NCBI GenBank assembly: GCA_001687465.1 | Contig: LVLI01000059.1 | Coordinates: 1 to 56,833, forward strand | Reading direction: 5' to 3' | DNA length: 56,833 bases | Source of the DNA: Halocafeteria seosinensis | Lineage: Eukaryota | Shown: positions 1-11,800 of the stretch, piece by piece | Layout: every line of letters begins with the position of its first letter | How positions within the stretch are numbered: position 1 is the first letter of the stretch | Notes under the pieces: model-generated | Told to the model about the DNA's origin: nothing | Seen by the model: only the letters and a program-made list of their open reading frames with translations | The model's database searches: none | Made by a program: the position numbers and the translations under genes

Positions 1-204
1 CGGATTCGAGAACAGCCGAAGAGCAAGCTACACGAATTGACTTATACGTGCAAGAGGAAACTAACAACAATATCCTCCCAATCCTATTAAGCAATGAACT
101 GCTAGCTAGCCATGCGGAGGTCCCATGGGATGTGACGGAAAGGGATACTGAGGTTCGGGTCTGCGTGAATGCTTTGAAGTCACTCGTTTATGCTGCCTCC
201 TAGT

Positions 205-306
205 GGAACAGCGGGCCTGTAGCTGCCAGACACGGGCGCCAGCTGCTATCTCCCTATTACCCTTGTAGCGGCTAACATCCAGCTGCCGGTGGGCCATCAG
301 TCACAT
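205..306 (+). repeat. Dispersed repeat copy A (degenerate) of the motif also at 1072, 14572 and 37868
   Basis: GGAACAGCGGGCCTGTAGCTGCCAGACACGGGCGC matches 14572 GGAACAGCGGGCCCGTCGCTGCTTAACACGGGCGC; GCCGGTGGGCCATCAGTCACAT matches GCCGGTGGGCTATCTGTCACAT. Confidence 0.75.
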
Positions 307-1071
307 CTTCGTCGTGGTCTGGTGATAGGTGAACCTCTCAGTTCCAGCTTGTTCAGGAATTCGTAGAGATACACGTACATTCTTCAGTAAGAGCTGCCCC
401 AAGTATGCATACGGAACTTCCTCGAGATTACCGAATGGCAAGATATTATTAGTCTCTCTTCATTGATGACGATACTGTGCAGACAACCTTCACTACCCGC
501 AGTGTAACTCCTCCTGTGTTGGCGTACCTCTTTCGGAGACCTCAAACGTGATCCGCATTTCCACGATCACATTGTCGTCGAAGACACCTTATTACAATAC
601 TTTGCAACCTTGTAAATACGCGCTTAGNCGATATTAACTTTTTAGATGCAGTGAGGTGCAAATTGCAGAGGAGNGCTCAGGGGACTCAGGGACACCGCGC
701 TCTACGTGCCTTAGGACAAAGGAAATGGTCCTAAACCCTTCCAGAGATCTCTCTATGGTAATAAAAAATACTCACTATAAGACTAAGGCAATAGCATACC
801 ATATACGAGGCATTAATTGGTGACCAAACAACCCCCGATGATTATTAATTGCTACTACACAAGCTCGTCATCGGGCATTTTGGGCTTGTCATTGAGTCAT
901 CGGGCCAACTTTTGATTGTCATTTCATTGGGGATTGTACCCCTGTTGCTTGGTAGGCTTTCCTCCCTGGTGGCACGCACCTCATCGTCTTTTGATAGCCT
1001 ACAATCCTCCGTGTACAATTCCTACGATACAACCAGGCTCTTGCCAGACTTCCACAACAGTTGTACCCTAC

Positions 1072-1147
1072 CACGGGCGCATACCGGTTAAGAGGATGCG
1101 GTCAACTTCCCGGCCGGTGGGCTATCTGTCACATTTGTGTGTGTGTA
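1072..1147 (+). repeat. Dispersed repeat copy B
   Basis: CACGGGCGCATACCG..TTAAGAGGATGCGGTCAACTTCCCGGCCGGTGGGCTATCTGTCACATTTGTGTGTGTGTA, nearly identical to 14598-14679. Confidence 0.9.
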
Positions 1148-1366
1148 CCCTACCAACACAATATACTGTGCGGTATACCTGATACCTGCGAGTACATTGC
1201 GGTTCCACCAATCAACCAAGCCCGGTATCCACACGATTACCGCGGAAATACAGCATCGATAGCAATGTCTGCGACTTCCTGTCACCCGAAGTCCAATTCC
1301 AGAAGTTAAGCGAGCCCTCTCGCTCTCGTAGTTTGTGAAGCCCACACATTCAATGCCCAGTGTTCC

Positions 1367-2383
1367 ATGGTCCATGGGTATTGGTTGGCTGTTTGCTTGC
1401 TTGTGACTGCACTCAACGACCCATACCCCACCATGGGCGAAGACGATCGCAGTGCGCCTCCGGCTGCTACTTCCTCCACCTCCGGGCTCTGTGGAGCTGC
1501 TGCATCTGGCATTCTTTTGACCAATATACTATGGGCCACTTTTTTCCTGGCGTATTTCCGTACCCAGGCCTATGTCGACCTCGTGCCCGGACTATTCAGC
1601 CGGAATACCCTCGTGTATGAACCTTCGAACTTCTCTATACCTCCCCAGGACCCTCTTTCGACGGTGTGTGAGCACTTTCGAGCTTCGATGGTGAGGTCGA
1701 ATTCGACTGTGTCAAATCATCCTCTCATCATTATGACCGGCGAAGGGACCACAGCTACCCGAGCGGTAGCGGAGGCGCTGGCCGAAATGGGACTGCAGAT
1801 TGGACACTGGCAAGCTTGCAAAGGATGTACACATTGGAACCACATGAAGTGGAGGCGAATTCTAAGCCAACTACGGCGCTCAACACTGGATACTATTTCG
1901 CACGCAACTCTGCGAGAACTGGAATTTCTCGATGGAATCGGGGATCAACCTGTGAATAATTTGATCCCTGAACTTTTGAGTGTATTTCCGCGGGCTCGAA
2001 TTCTACTGACTACGCGAAACGCAACCGCATGGGCCAAGAGTCGATATGAACACCATGGTGGAGCTCCCGTCCCACTAGTACCTGCCATAATTCCATACAA
2101 TCAGATCACACGCAGAGGTCCGACAGAACTTCGCAATCGGGGCGCGTCTCCCAAAGGACGGAGCTTCATGTTTGGTGCACAGAACCTTGTTTCGGCTTGT
2201 CTCAGTAGACAACATGAATTCCTACACTTGGATATCTCAGCACATCAGTGCGATTCACGACTCTTGTGGAAACGCCTGGCGCAATTTGCCCGCGTCGAAC
2301 GAATTCCTGCTGGATCGTTTCCAGGATGCAAACCGTTATGGGAACAAGCAGCAGCTGAAATGAAGAAGCAGAATTTGATCTAA
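1367..2383 (+). CDS. Membrane-anchored P-loop sulfotransferase-family protein (Sulfotransfer_4-like); likely start at ATG 1433
   Basis: Hydrophobic anchor ILLTNILWATFFLAYF; PAPS-binding-like loop TGEGTTATRAVAEALAEMG; motif DGIGDQPVNNLIPELLSVFPRARILLTTRNATAWAKSR. Confidence 0.75.
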   Translation: MVHGYWLAVCLLVTALNDPYPTMGEDDRSAPPAATSSTSGLCGAAASGILLTNILWATFFLAYFRTQAYVDLVPGLFSRNTLVYEPSNFSIPPQDPLSTVCEHFRASMVRSNSTVSNHPLIIMTGEGTTATRAVAEALAEMGLQIGHWQACKGCTHWNHMKWRRILSQLRRSTLDTISHATLRELEFLDGIGDQPVNNLIPELLSVFPRARILLTTRNATAWAKSRYEHHGGAPVPLVPAIIPYNQITRRGPTELRNRGASPKGRSFMFGAQNLVSACLSRQHEFLHLDISAHQCDSRLLWKRLAQFARVERIPAGSFPGCKPLWEQAAAEMKKQNLI

Positions 2384-2407
2384 GGGGTTCATAGGCGCCT
2401 TTTGGTC

Positions 2408-2738
2408 TGCTACGGACTACTATGTCCAATTAAGGAGACGGCAACAAAGGGCAATGTTTGGAATGTTCATGTAAAAGGCTACTTTGCCTCCAAGGGAAGG
2501 AGACCCTTCCCATAACTTAGGGAGTGCGAATCCTGTGCAGTTGACTGCAGTTCACTAAGTTGTCCATACCACCGCAACGCTTCCCAACGGAATTGCAGAA
2601 TCTTCCTTGTCTTTGGACTTTGCCTCGTCCAACGTACGCTGAGTTCCACGTTTTGAGAATATTCTACGAGCCAAATCGTAGGCTTCAGCGTAGTTTCTCT
2701 TCTGTGTTGTAGCTCCTCTGACCCGAGCTAAGCGTCGG
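2408..2738. repeat. Direct repeat, copy 1 of ~330 bp (copy 2 at 4763-5092)
   Basis: TGCTACGGACTACTATGTCCAATTAA...CTAAGCGTCGG in both places with scattered substitutions. Confidence 0.95.
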
Positions 2739-3920
2739 TGACTCTGGGATCTAGGATGCGCTTTTTGAAACTGTATCTGTTCTGGTTTTTCACGTCGGTT
2801 GCTTCGCCACCTGCCATCAGCGCTCGTATCATTCTCTGGGATGGATATTTCGATCTCAAATTCTTTGGGAAACATAATTGTGTTGCCGAATACGGCTTCG
2901 CTTGTTTCCGGTAATTTTCCAACATTGCCAGAATAACAACGACAAAAAGGGAGAGGAAGTTGGAACTACGATAGAGACGGTTTGTGCTTTGTCCTGATCT
3001 TCGTCTTCGTTCGAGTTCGCACTACTGCTGCTTAGACTGCCTCCGTGCCGTCGTCTGGGCCCCCCTTTTCCAAATCCGCTATCCGTCTGATCCCCCGAGT
3101 AGCCCACAGCCGGGAGTGAGTTCTGCGCGCTCCATTCTATTGATACCAAGGAAGATTGAGGCCTGGTGACTGTTGAAGCTGGTTCCTGGATGGCTCGAGT
3201 CCCCACAGTTGTATGCATTTTGGTTTAGGTGGGCTTGTCGAAAATGGCATCAACGTTTTGGGGGGTGTTGACTTGTGCTGTCCCGCTTGCTGATTGTGTC
3301 TCAGTTACAGTTCCTGCTCTGGTCGCCTGAACCAACCTCCACGACGAAGATGTTGCACTTGTGTATGGCATTCAGTGAAGTTCCCTGTCAACTAACATGA
3401 GGACTCCCGCTTAACGTGTCGGTTCGCTTCATCGAGTGAGTGGCTGCTGCCGAACTTGTCCACTATAGACCTGAAGCGGTTCGGCTTTGTCTGGGGATTG
3501 AAGTTCTAGATGCAAGGCCCTCGCTTAGGGTAGCTGTTGACATCGAGTTTATGACAGTGCGTAAACTTGTCTTCGTGTTCGATGAAAACTCTGAAGGGTT
3601 AGTCTGTGCACAGGGACTGACGTACTAGTGAAAGACCACTTGCTTAGGGTAACTGCTGAAATCATCGAGCCTCTTACAGTGGGTAAACTTGCCTTCGTGC
3701 TCAATGCGGAGCCCGAACAGATCGGGCTTTTAATAGGTGCTGGAGATGAGGATGCTGCTGATGTTATTGTATCGGTGATACTGGATGAACCAGTTGTCGT
3801 AACGGATGAATACTGCGATGTATATGGGTTTTGTGTACCGCCTAGACACCCGGATGAACGGCTCTCGCTTCCAGTAACACTGGGTGAACCTGTCCTCGTT
3901 CCCGGTGAAGACTTAACCAT
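2555..3920 (-). pseudogene. Frameshifted Ser/Thr-rich type I membrane protein remnant
   Basis: Broken minus-strand ORFs 3549-3920 (S/T-rich), 2856-3218 and 2555-2875; hydrophobic segment VSIVVPTSS..FFVVVILAML split by a frameshift; C-terminal part duplicated at 4834-5090. Confidence 0.55.
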
Positions 3921-4093
3921 GTTGGATTTTGTGTGTGGATCGAAATAGGGAGCTAGTTGGCTGGCCCCCTTGGATCGGGTGTCTGTTGAAGCAACTTTGA
4001 CGCAGCCGCTGACCCACGCAAGATACCTACATCACCACTATCTCCACGCTGTACCTTATACGTGATTCCGTATATATCACCTGTTCGTCCACA

Positions 4094-4585
4094 AACACTG
4101 GATACTCTTTCGCACATAACGGTGGGGGGAACTGAAATTCCTCGATGGAATCGATGGCCAACTTGCAAATACAGGTGTAATTGATTCTTGATGTTCTGAA
4201 CTTCTGACTGGACTTGAAGACTACTGATTGTGCCAAGAGCTAATACGAACACCATGGCGGAGTGTGCGTTTGCCATCATTCCATACAACCAGATCTGAGA
4301 TTACCAGCAAGAGGCCGATAGAACGTCACCGGTCTGCGAAGGCACGATGCTTCACGTTTGGCAGCCAGAACCTCATTCAGCTTGTCTCAGTAGACAACAA
4401 CATGGACTCTTGCACTTGCCTATTCCAGCATGTTACATGTCGGTGCGATTCACTACTCTTGGGGATACGGCTTGCCAATTTGCCCGTGTCGAAGGAATTC
4501 CTTCTGGATCATTTCCAGGATGCAAACCGTTATAAAACAAGCCTCTGACATGAAGACGTAGCGCGTCTCAGAAGGGGTTTCATAA
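4094..4585 (+). pseudogene. Degenerate copy of the 3' half of the sulfotransferase gene (1883-2395)
   Basis: AACACTGGATACT..GAACTGAAATTCCTCGATGGAATC and SACLSRQQ..QFARVEGIPSGSFPGCKPL align to the intact gene but carry frameshifts and stops. Confidence 0.9.
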
Positions 4586-4762
4586 GATGCTAAGGGCCAA
4601 TAAAAGTCATGCCCTAGATGTTATTATGTGTGATTTAGATGAGGGCAGCAAACGCTCTTGTACCGGTAGATGAAAATCGCAACTTTGTAGGCAAAAAGAG
4701 AGAAATGTAATCGAGCGACAGTTAATTGTGTTAAATATCAGTCCACTATATACCTTTTAGTG

Positions 4763-5092
4763 TGCTACGGACTACTATGTCCAATTAAGAAGACGGAAAC
4801 AAAGGGCAATGTTTGGAATGTTCATGTAAAAGGCTACTTTGCCTCCAAGGGAAGGAGACCCTTCCCATAGCTTTGGGAGTGCGAATCCTGTGCAGTTGAC
4901 TGGAGTTCACTAAGTTGTCTATACCACCGCAACGTTTCCCACGGAATTGAAGAATCTTCCTTGTCTTTGGACTTTGCCTCGTCCAACGTGCGCTGAGTTC
5001 CACGTTTAGCGAATATTCTACGAGCCAAATCGTAGGCTTCAGCGTGGCTTCTCTTCTGCGTTGTATCTCCTCTGACCGGAGCTAAGCGTCGG
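4763..5092. repeat. Direct repeat, copy 2 of 2408-2738
   Basis: Direct nucleotide match; both copies encode AEAYDLARRIFxKRGTQRTLDEAKSKDKEDS on the minus strand. Confidence 0.95.
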
Positions 5093-5884
5093 ATGCATTC
5101 GTTCCGCCACTTGTTTGGAATTGGTTCGACAGTGCAATTGTCACAATGTGAGCGAAGGTTCAGCGTTGGCCTAGCCGAAACAGTTGCAGCCACTGACATC
5201 AAGCCACCTGACGTGGGAGATAGCGCCCCAGGAATGCTATTGGTAGAACGTTCATCACCGGACATGCGTATATGCCGGTCCTGACATTAGTGGAGTGACT
5301 GCCGAAGTAATGGCTGGTCAATAGGAATTTTAAGTAGGCCCCTGCGAAGGCATTGATTCCTGAAATCAAGTTATGCTCGCTCGATCCATCCTTGAACGAG
5401 TAACGGAACACGAAGAGGTTGGAGTCTGTGTCACCCTCGACCCCAAACCAATCCGAGGAGACTGGAATGGTGCCGGTTGTCACGTAAACCACAACACGGC
5501 CTCAATGAGGGAAGTTGGAGGATACGATGCCATGTGAGAAAGCATGGAAAAACGTTGAGCTCAAACATGAGGATATGTTCCGAGTCTATGGTTCCGGTAA
5601 TTAGCGCCGGCTCACAGGACATCACGAGACAAGGAGTGTGCAGAAGAGTTGCAGATCGTGGAGCATCTGTTCGCATCCCCTGTTTACCGAGAAAGAGGGT
5701 CGTGGATATGGAGGATAAAAGACCAGCGTCCAACATTGACCCGTACATTGTGACGGCAAATCTCTTCCAGACAACCCCCTCGAATAAAATGCCGATAGGT
5801 GAAGCTCGATACAGCACCTCGGCCTTACAAGAAAATCAAGTAATAGCATTTCAGCAGGCACGGTTTTATTTCCAACTTGTAGAC

Positions 5885-8800
5885 TTATGAACCGCCGGTC
5901 GTGTGATTGGATGGTTCAGTTGGAAGCCGATTGGAACGGTGACGAGCTATCACGTTTCTTGGTTTGTGCTTAAACGGGGAGCGACGACCCTTCTGTCTGT
6001 TTATGTTGCTATACATTTCATACATGTTCCTGATGGAAAGAGTAGACTCATCTCCGTGCTGCGTCGTGGTTTTATCCCACGCGGGAGCACTACAGCCATT
6101 ACTCGTGTGTGTCAGACGGTCGAGTGAGTTAAACCGCTCCCTCTTCCGCTCATGCGACATTGTGCACTCGCCTGATGGACTACTTGTAGGTCTTGAAGAA
6201 ATCGAAAAATCTCTATCTTCATCCATGGTTGTATTCTGGAACATGCCCTTAGAGCCGTTGCTCGTATGTGCCAAAGGATTGATGGAGTGAAGCTGGGTTC
6301 CAGGCATCACAGGGGACGTTGACGCGAAACGGAACTCTGATGGGCTCTTCCGAGATAGCCAGCATCTTTTGCATACGCGAAGACGCAGTAACACTGGCCT
6401 CATGTTTCTTGCTATGACATCCTTCAGTTTTCGAAATGCTCCCGGAACTAGTCTCGAGGCGACTACAACTAATATAAAACCATACAAAACCTGCAGGAGA
6501 ATTGATAAGATCTCCGCGCTAAAATTCCTAATGCTTACTAATAGGTTGCTGGAATCATCAAACGGAAAAAGCAATATGCCTATGTAGCAGTTACCAGCAG
6601 AAACCATAATGAGTAACCCTTCCACCAAGTTAAGTGACGGCTCGCGGTACGGTCGGCATAACGATAAGCCAATATATGACATGAAGAGAATAACACTTGC
6701 CCACACAAGCTGATTTAGAGGCCCTTCCACAAAGACAGATACGACCAACAACAGAAGCTTCCTGATCAGTGTAAACGGCTCCCACAAAAAGCCCAACATG
6801 TCCAGTCGAAAACCACCAACAAACTTAAGAAATTCTTTGAACAGTTTAGCAGTTTTCGCCCTCCAATACCACCAAAGAAGAAACACGGAGACAGAAAGAG
6901 GTAAAGCAAACACAAATAAGAAAAGCGATGCAAAGCTTGCAATCTGCAAGATTCCGAATTGAGCATCACTGGTTCTGAGTGTGACATCCAGCGCGGATCG
7001 TCTAGACCCTAATAACGATTGTTCTCGCACGTCCAGGCTTCTGAAGGTCATTTCAGTGACAGCCACATGCAGCAGGCCCAATACCGTAATGAGAGAAAGG
7101 ATGGAGTCCGTCACAAATCTATGTCTTCTAAACTTTCCTTTCGAGCGCACAGCTTCAATAACAACATGGAGAGTCAGTATGAAGGCAGAAACTGGTAGCG
7201 GACTGATCATGACACTCAGCGCAATCTCATACAACGATGTACCCGTAGCACACCTGATCTGCGGGATGTCTGAGGGATTGAAAGAAGCCGCTTCTGAACT
7301 AGACTCTATCCACCCTAGTCTATCGGAAAATGGCTTGATTTCTAGCTGCTGCAATATCGATGAGATCTGCAAGTAGTCTATAAGCATTAGCAGTAGCTGC
7401 TTGAGGGATTCCCACTGGCCATTGCGGGTGTAGTAACTGTAAATCAGTAAAGCTCGTTCGCTGTCGTTGGAAACATCAATTCTATTATACTTTTTATCAG
7501 TCGTTGAGAGCGGATTGCTGTCAGTGTATAGTTTAGCGACTGGATTCGCAACCATATTAGGATTATGCACCGCTTGACTTTCCCGGTCAGCCTTAGCTTC
7601 TTTTTCCCAGGCAGACTCTTTTGCAGAGTGAATGGCAATGCTAACAACGCCAACGAAAACGAATGTACCGGACAGTGCAGTAGTAACCATGTCTCCACGC
7701 CCATCGCTGCACGATACACACTCGCCACTAAGCATTTTCAGATGGCCTTCCTGGCAAGTCCCACAAAGCGGCCCCTCGTGGCCTGTTGCACACTTGGTCG
7801 AAAACGCAGTCGCATTGACGATACACGCGCTCGGAAATTCGCAGAGAAGGAGCGACGTGGACGCTGCGGATGCTTGCAGAGCATCTGGGGTAATCCGGTC
7901 TACCCTCGCAGTTCTACTCATATTTTCTTGCGAGCAAGCATCGCACCAATACCCTGGAAGCAGTCGAAGGGCACCATTACGGCACGATACCCCAAACGTT
8001 GGGCACGGAGAGCACGAGGATGCCCCAGTCATCGAGAACATCTCTTTAGCACAAGGCTGACACGTCTGCGAATTCGATCTTCTCTGAAACGTTCCTTCGT
8101 CGCATGGTACGCATTGGTTCCCTTCGAACTCCGCCCGACGATACCCTCCCCTGCATAAGCAAGAAGTGCCAGACTTATCTGGAACTTCATTCTCGCTGCA
8201 CTGAATCGGTGCCGATGTTACCTTGGTAGGAAGGCCACCGATAGATCTTCCGTCAATTAGGAAATCCAAACGAACTTGCCCCACGCCGACGCACTCCAGT
8301 GAAAACTCAAGCTCTGTAACATTGGATCCAGTTGTTAATCTTCCATTAGGTAGAAACACCACCGGTTGAGTAACCTGGCGGGTGTTCAACACCTTGGTGT
8401 TCACTTTAAGCAGCCCTTCCACATCATCTGTGCTGGATGGAATCGACTCTACATATATTGCATTCGCTGGTCCATATCCGAAGTCATCATTTAACGTCAG
8501 CCGTCCAGTGATCGTTTTCCCTACCGATGCATTCCGGGAAGAAAGAGCTATTTCGGAATTCTGCGAGCTGGCCACGCCGGGAACAAACTCCACTACCAAA
8601 GAGTGATGCGTTGTTCCGTGTCTCGTAGCAAGGCGTGGGTTGGATGCCACAAGCTCTACGTCCAAATCGAATTCGATGGCGAACAAACCAGGAGTTACTC
8701 CGATGATCATTGGAGAGTTACGAGACAAAAGGGACAAAAACGGAGAAGCATACTCCAGGGTAAACTCCAATATCCGAGACGCTCCGCGTCTAAGCGAGAC

Positions 8801-11800
8801 ATTTAACGGACTCACTGATAACCATGGCGAGAGTCTTGCACCACCTTCCACTGTATAAACACCAAGGGGGAACGTCGCCGAGGTAGGGGGTGAGCTATCG
8901 ATTCGGGACTCATTTAGTGTATCCAACAAGAAGCTGTGGGCTCTTACTTTAATCGAAGTAAACTCAGTATTTACTAGGCTGATTGCAAGATGCTTAGTTT
9001 CATGCGGTCGTACTAGGACTGTGTCTTGAAATTGGTTACATAGGAATATGGACGTAACCAAGAACTCAACGCGAACATGTATAACGCCCTGCGAAGAACG
9101 ATTTCGGGAGGATCTCTTCTGAGCATGACTCACGGTATCCCGGACTTCCCACGCATCCGTGTCAAACCGGATCCATCCAGTAAATATCCCCAAAGAGTCT
9201 GTATTTCTCGCAAACAGTGTAACCAGAGCAGACCTCTCCTCCCCGGCTCCAATTTGACCACTTGTCTCTACTTGAAGCCATGTGTTCCGATGACTAATGC
9301 TTCCATTTGCACTGGTAACTGTAGCATTCCAATTGACAACATGCGTCCCAGCATTGTACAATCTCACAAACCGTAAAACTGGTGGTTCCTGGGAACTGCG
9401 CTCGGCAGACACTGTTGATGAATCAACTTGGAGCTCGCCCTGGAACACCCATAGCCGCACAGGGATTGAGATACTGTCCATTATTCTGCTACGTTGTCTG
9501 ACAGAAAGAAACACAAATCCAGAGGTCCTACCAGGCGAAGCAAGCTCAGTGTGGAATATGATGTCCTGAAAAACGGTAGCGGGTTCACTGAGTACCTTTC
9601 TCGCGACGGGTAGACGAATCAACCTCTGGAGGCTACTTGAGACGCCCCAGCTCCAATCGGTTCTTCCTTGTGCCTGTATACGCATTTCGCGGGAAACATC
9701 TAATTCAGACCCCACATGTCGTGAGTGATTGACCGTTAGTTCGGAAGGGAAAACCCGTACCAGAGGCCTCTCTTCCATTGACATGCTCTCCACCACAGCT
9801 GCAGACATATGAACTGAGACCAACTGCTCTGCTTCAACGATCGTTTCGCGGCCGAATATTACGGCTAGCGAGAAGGGTACAAAGAAGGTGTACCCGTTAG
9901 TAACATCAGTTGCGTAACGGAGTTGCTCCTCGAGAAACTTGGATGCGTTTGGGTGAATCCGTACGGTTACATTGTACATCTTTCTTACACATGCATCTAC
10001 GGGAAACCAACCGGGGCACCCCCTCTCATTTGTTAGTTCCGGAACAACCTCCAACAGTGACGACAATCCTGTTGTCTTACCGCCATCGAGAGCCGAGCAG
10101 CCCACATAGTGGTCTACACCAGCATCGAAGTCAAGATGGGACAGACATGAAACCGCAAACTGAGGCTGAGTTTCCTTGATAGATTGAGCTTCGAGCCGCA
10201 GACAGGCAAGCACCAGTTTCGCGTGAGAAACTTCTATGCTCGCCTCGTGCACTTTTTTGTACTCGATAGATGCGCAATTGAATTGATGTACAGTCCCGCA
10301 TGCTGATTTTAAAGCAGACCCATTCGTTGCAGGAAACAAACGTGTAGGTGTAACCGTCGCAGTTCCGGACCCAGTCGAACTTGCCGTGTAGGGTGGAGAC
10401 GGTGTGCAAGTATGAGTAACAGACGCGGAAACAGTTGCAGTCACTGTGGCTGACGATGTTGGTGTCACTGTGCTGCTTTTGGATGCAGAATCCGTGACAT
10501 TGTGGGTGCTAGTACCTGAACGTGTCGTAGTCCCTGCAGGAGAAACGGATGATGTACCCGAAATACTTGGACTTGGAGATCTAGTACCAGTACATGACGC
10601 CGATGATGTTGGAGACGTGGTGCTACTTTGGGAAGAGGTGCTCGTCGCACTGACCGTGATACTGGCGCTACTAGTAGTCGAGCTAGTCTCAGTCCCTGTA
10701 GGAGAGACGGTAGGACTCGACGTTGGAGAACCAGTATTAACCGACGATGTTGACGGCGTTGGGGACAAAGTGCTGCTGCGGGTCTGGATAGGAGTCGGAG
10801 TGACGGTCATGGTTGCACTGGTAGTACTAGAACCGGTCACGGTTCCCGTAAAAGAAGCTGAGACACTGGATGTCACACTTGTCGTTGGAGAAGCGGTACT
10901 TGAACCTGAACGTGTCGTAGTCCCTGTAGGAGAAACAGATGATGTACCCGAAATACTTGGACTTGGAGATCTAGTACCAGTACATGACGCCGATGATGTT
11001 GGAGACGTGGTGCTACTTTGGGAAGAGGTGCTCGTCGCACTGACCGTGATACTGGCGCTACTAGTAGTCGAGCTAGTCTCAGTCCCTGTAGGAGAGACGG
11101 TAGGACTCGACGTTGGAGAACCAGTATTAACCGACGATGTTGACGGCGTTGGGGACAAAGTGCTGCTGCGGGTCTGGGTAGGAGTCGGAGTGACGGTCAT
11201 GGTTGCACTGGTAGTACTAGAACCGGTCACGGTTCCCGTAAAAGAAGCTGAGACACTGGATGTCACACTTGTCGTTGGAGAAGCGGTACTTGAGACAGTA
11301 TCGGTACTGGAGCCTGAAGGGGATGTAGACGAAGTGACAGTAACGGTTGAGGTGGCAGAATTAGTTGTACTCGTAGTTGTGGAGCATGTTGCCGTCGGCG
11401 TATCTGAGACGGTTGTGGTCGGTGTGCCGGTGCTGGTCCAGGATACTGAAGATGTCGGGCTGCCAGAGCGCGAATATGTGGAAGTGGCAGTATTGGAAAT
11501 CGCTGTCGTTTCTGTGGGGGATGCAGAGGAACTTCGGGTTTTAGTCGTAGTACCAGTGTTCGTCGATGTTGGCGATATTGTGCTGCTATACTGACTTCCG
11601 GCAGCTGAGAGAGTAGCGCTAGAGGTGGCAGTACTGGACTCTCTCATCGTTGGCGCAGAGGATGCAGAGCTACTAGATGACGCAGAGGGAGTTAGTGACC
11701 TAGAGCGAGATGGTGAGCCGCTTGGTGCAATAGAAGAAGACTCTAAACATGCTGTTTGCTCCTTGTTTGGTACCATCCCCGGGTCACAGAGAGAACATTG

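Noticed and set aside
5199..5890. Overlapping 97-137 aa ORFs on both strands
   Set aside because: No motif or consistent splice model; cannot be supported as a gene
10427..10446. 18/19-nt match to 5177-5195 (GAAACAGTTGCAG.CACTG)
   Set aside because: Too short, and explained by shared V/A/T/S codons in low-complexity coding sequence
10446..11594. 382-aa Val-rich + strand ORF
   Set aside because: Antisense shadow of the S/T repeat stalk; the same applies to 20205-20459, 42844-43215 and 3628-3948
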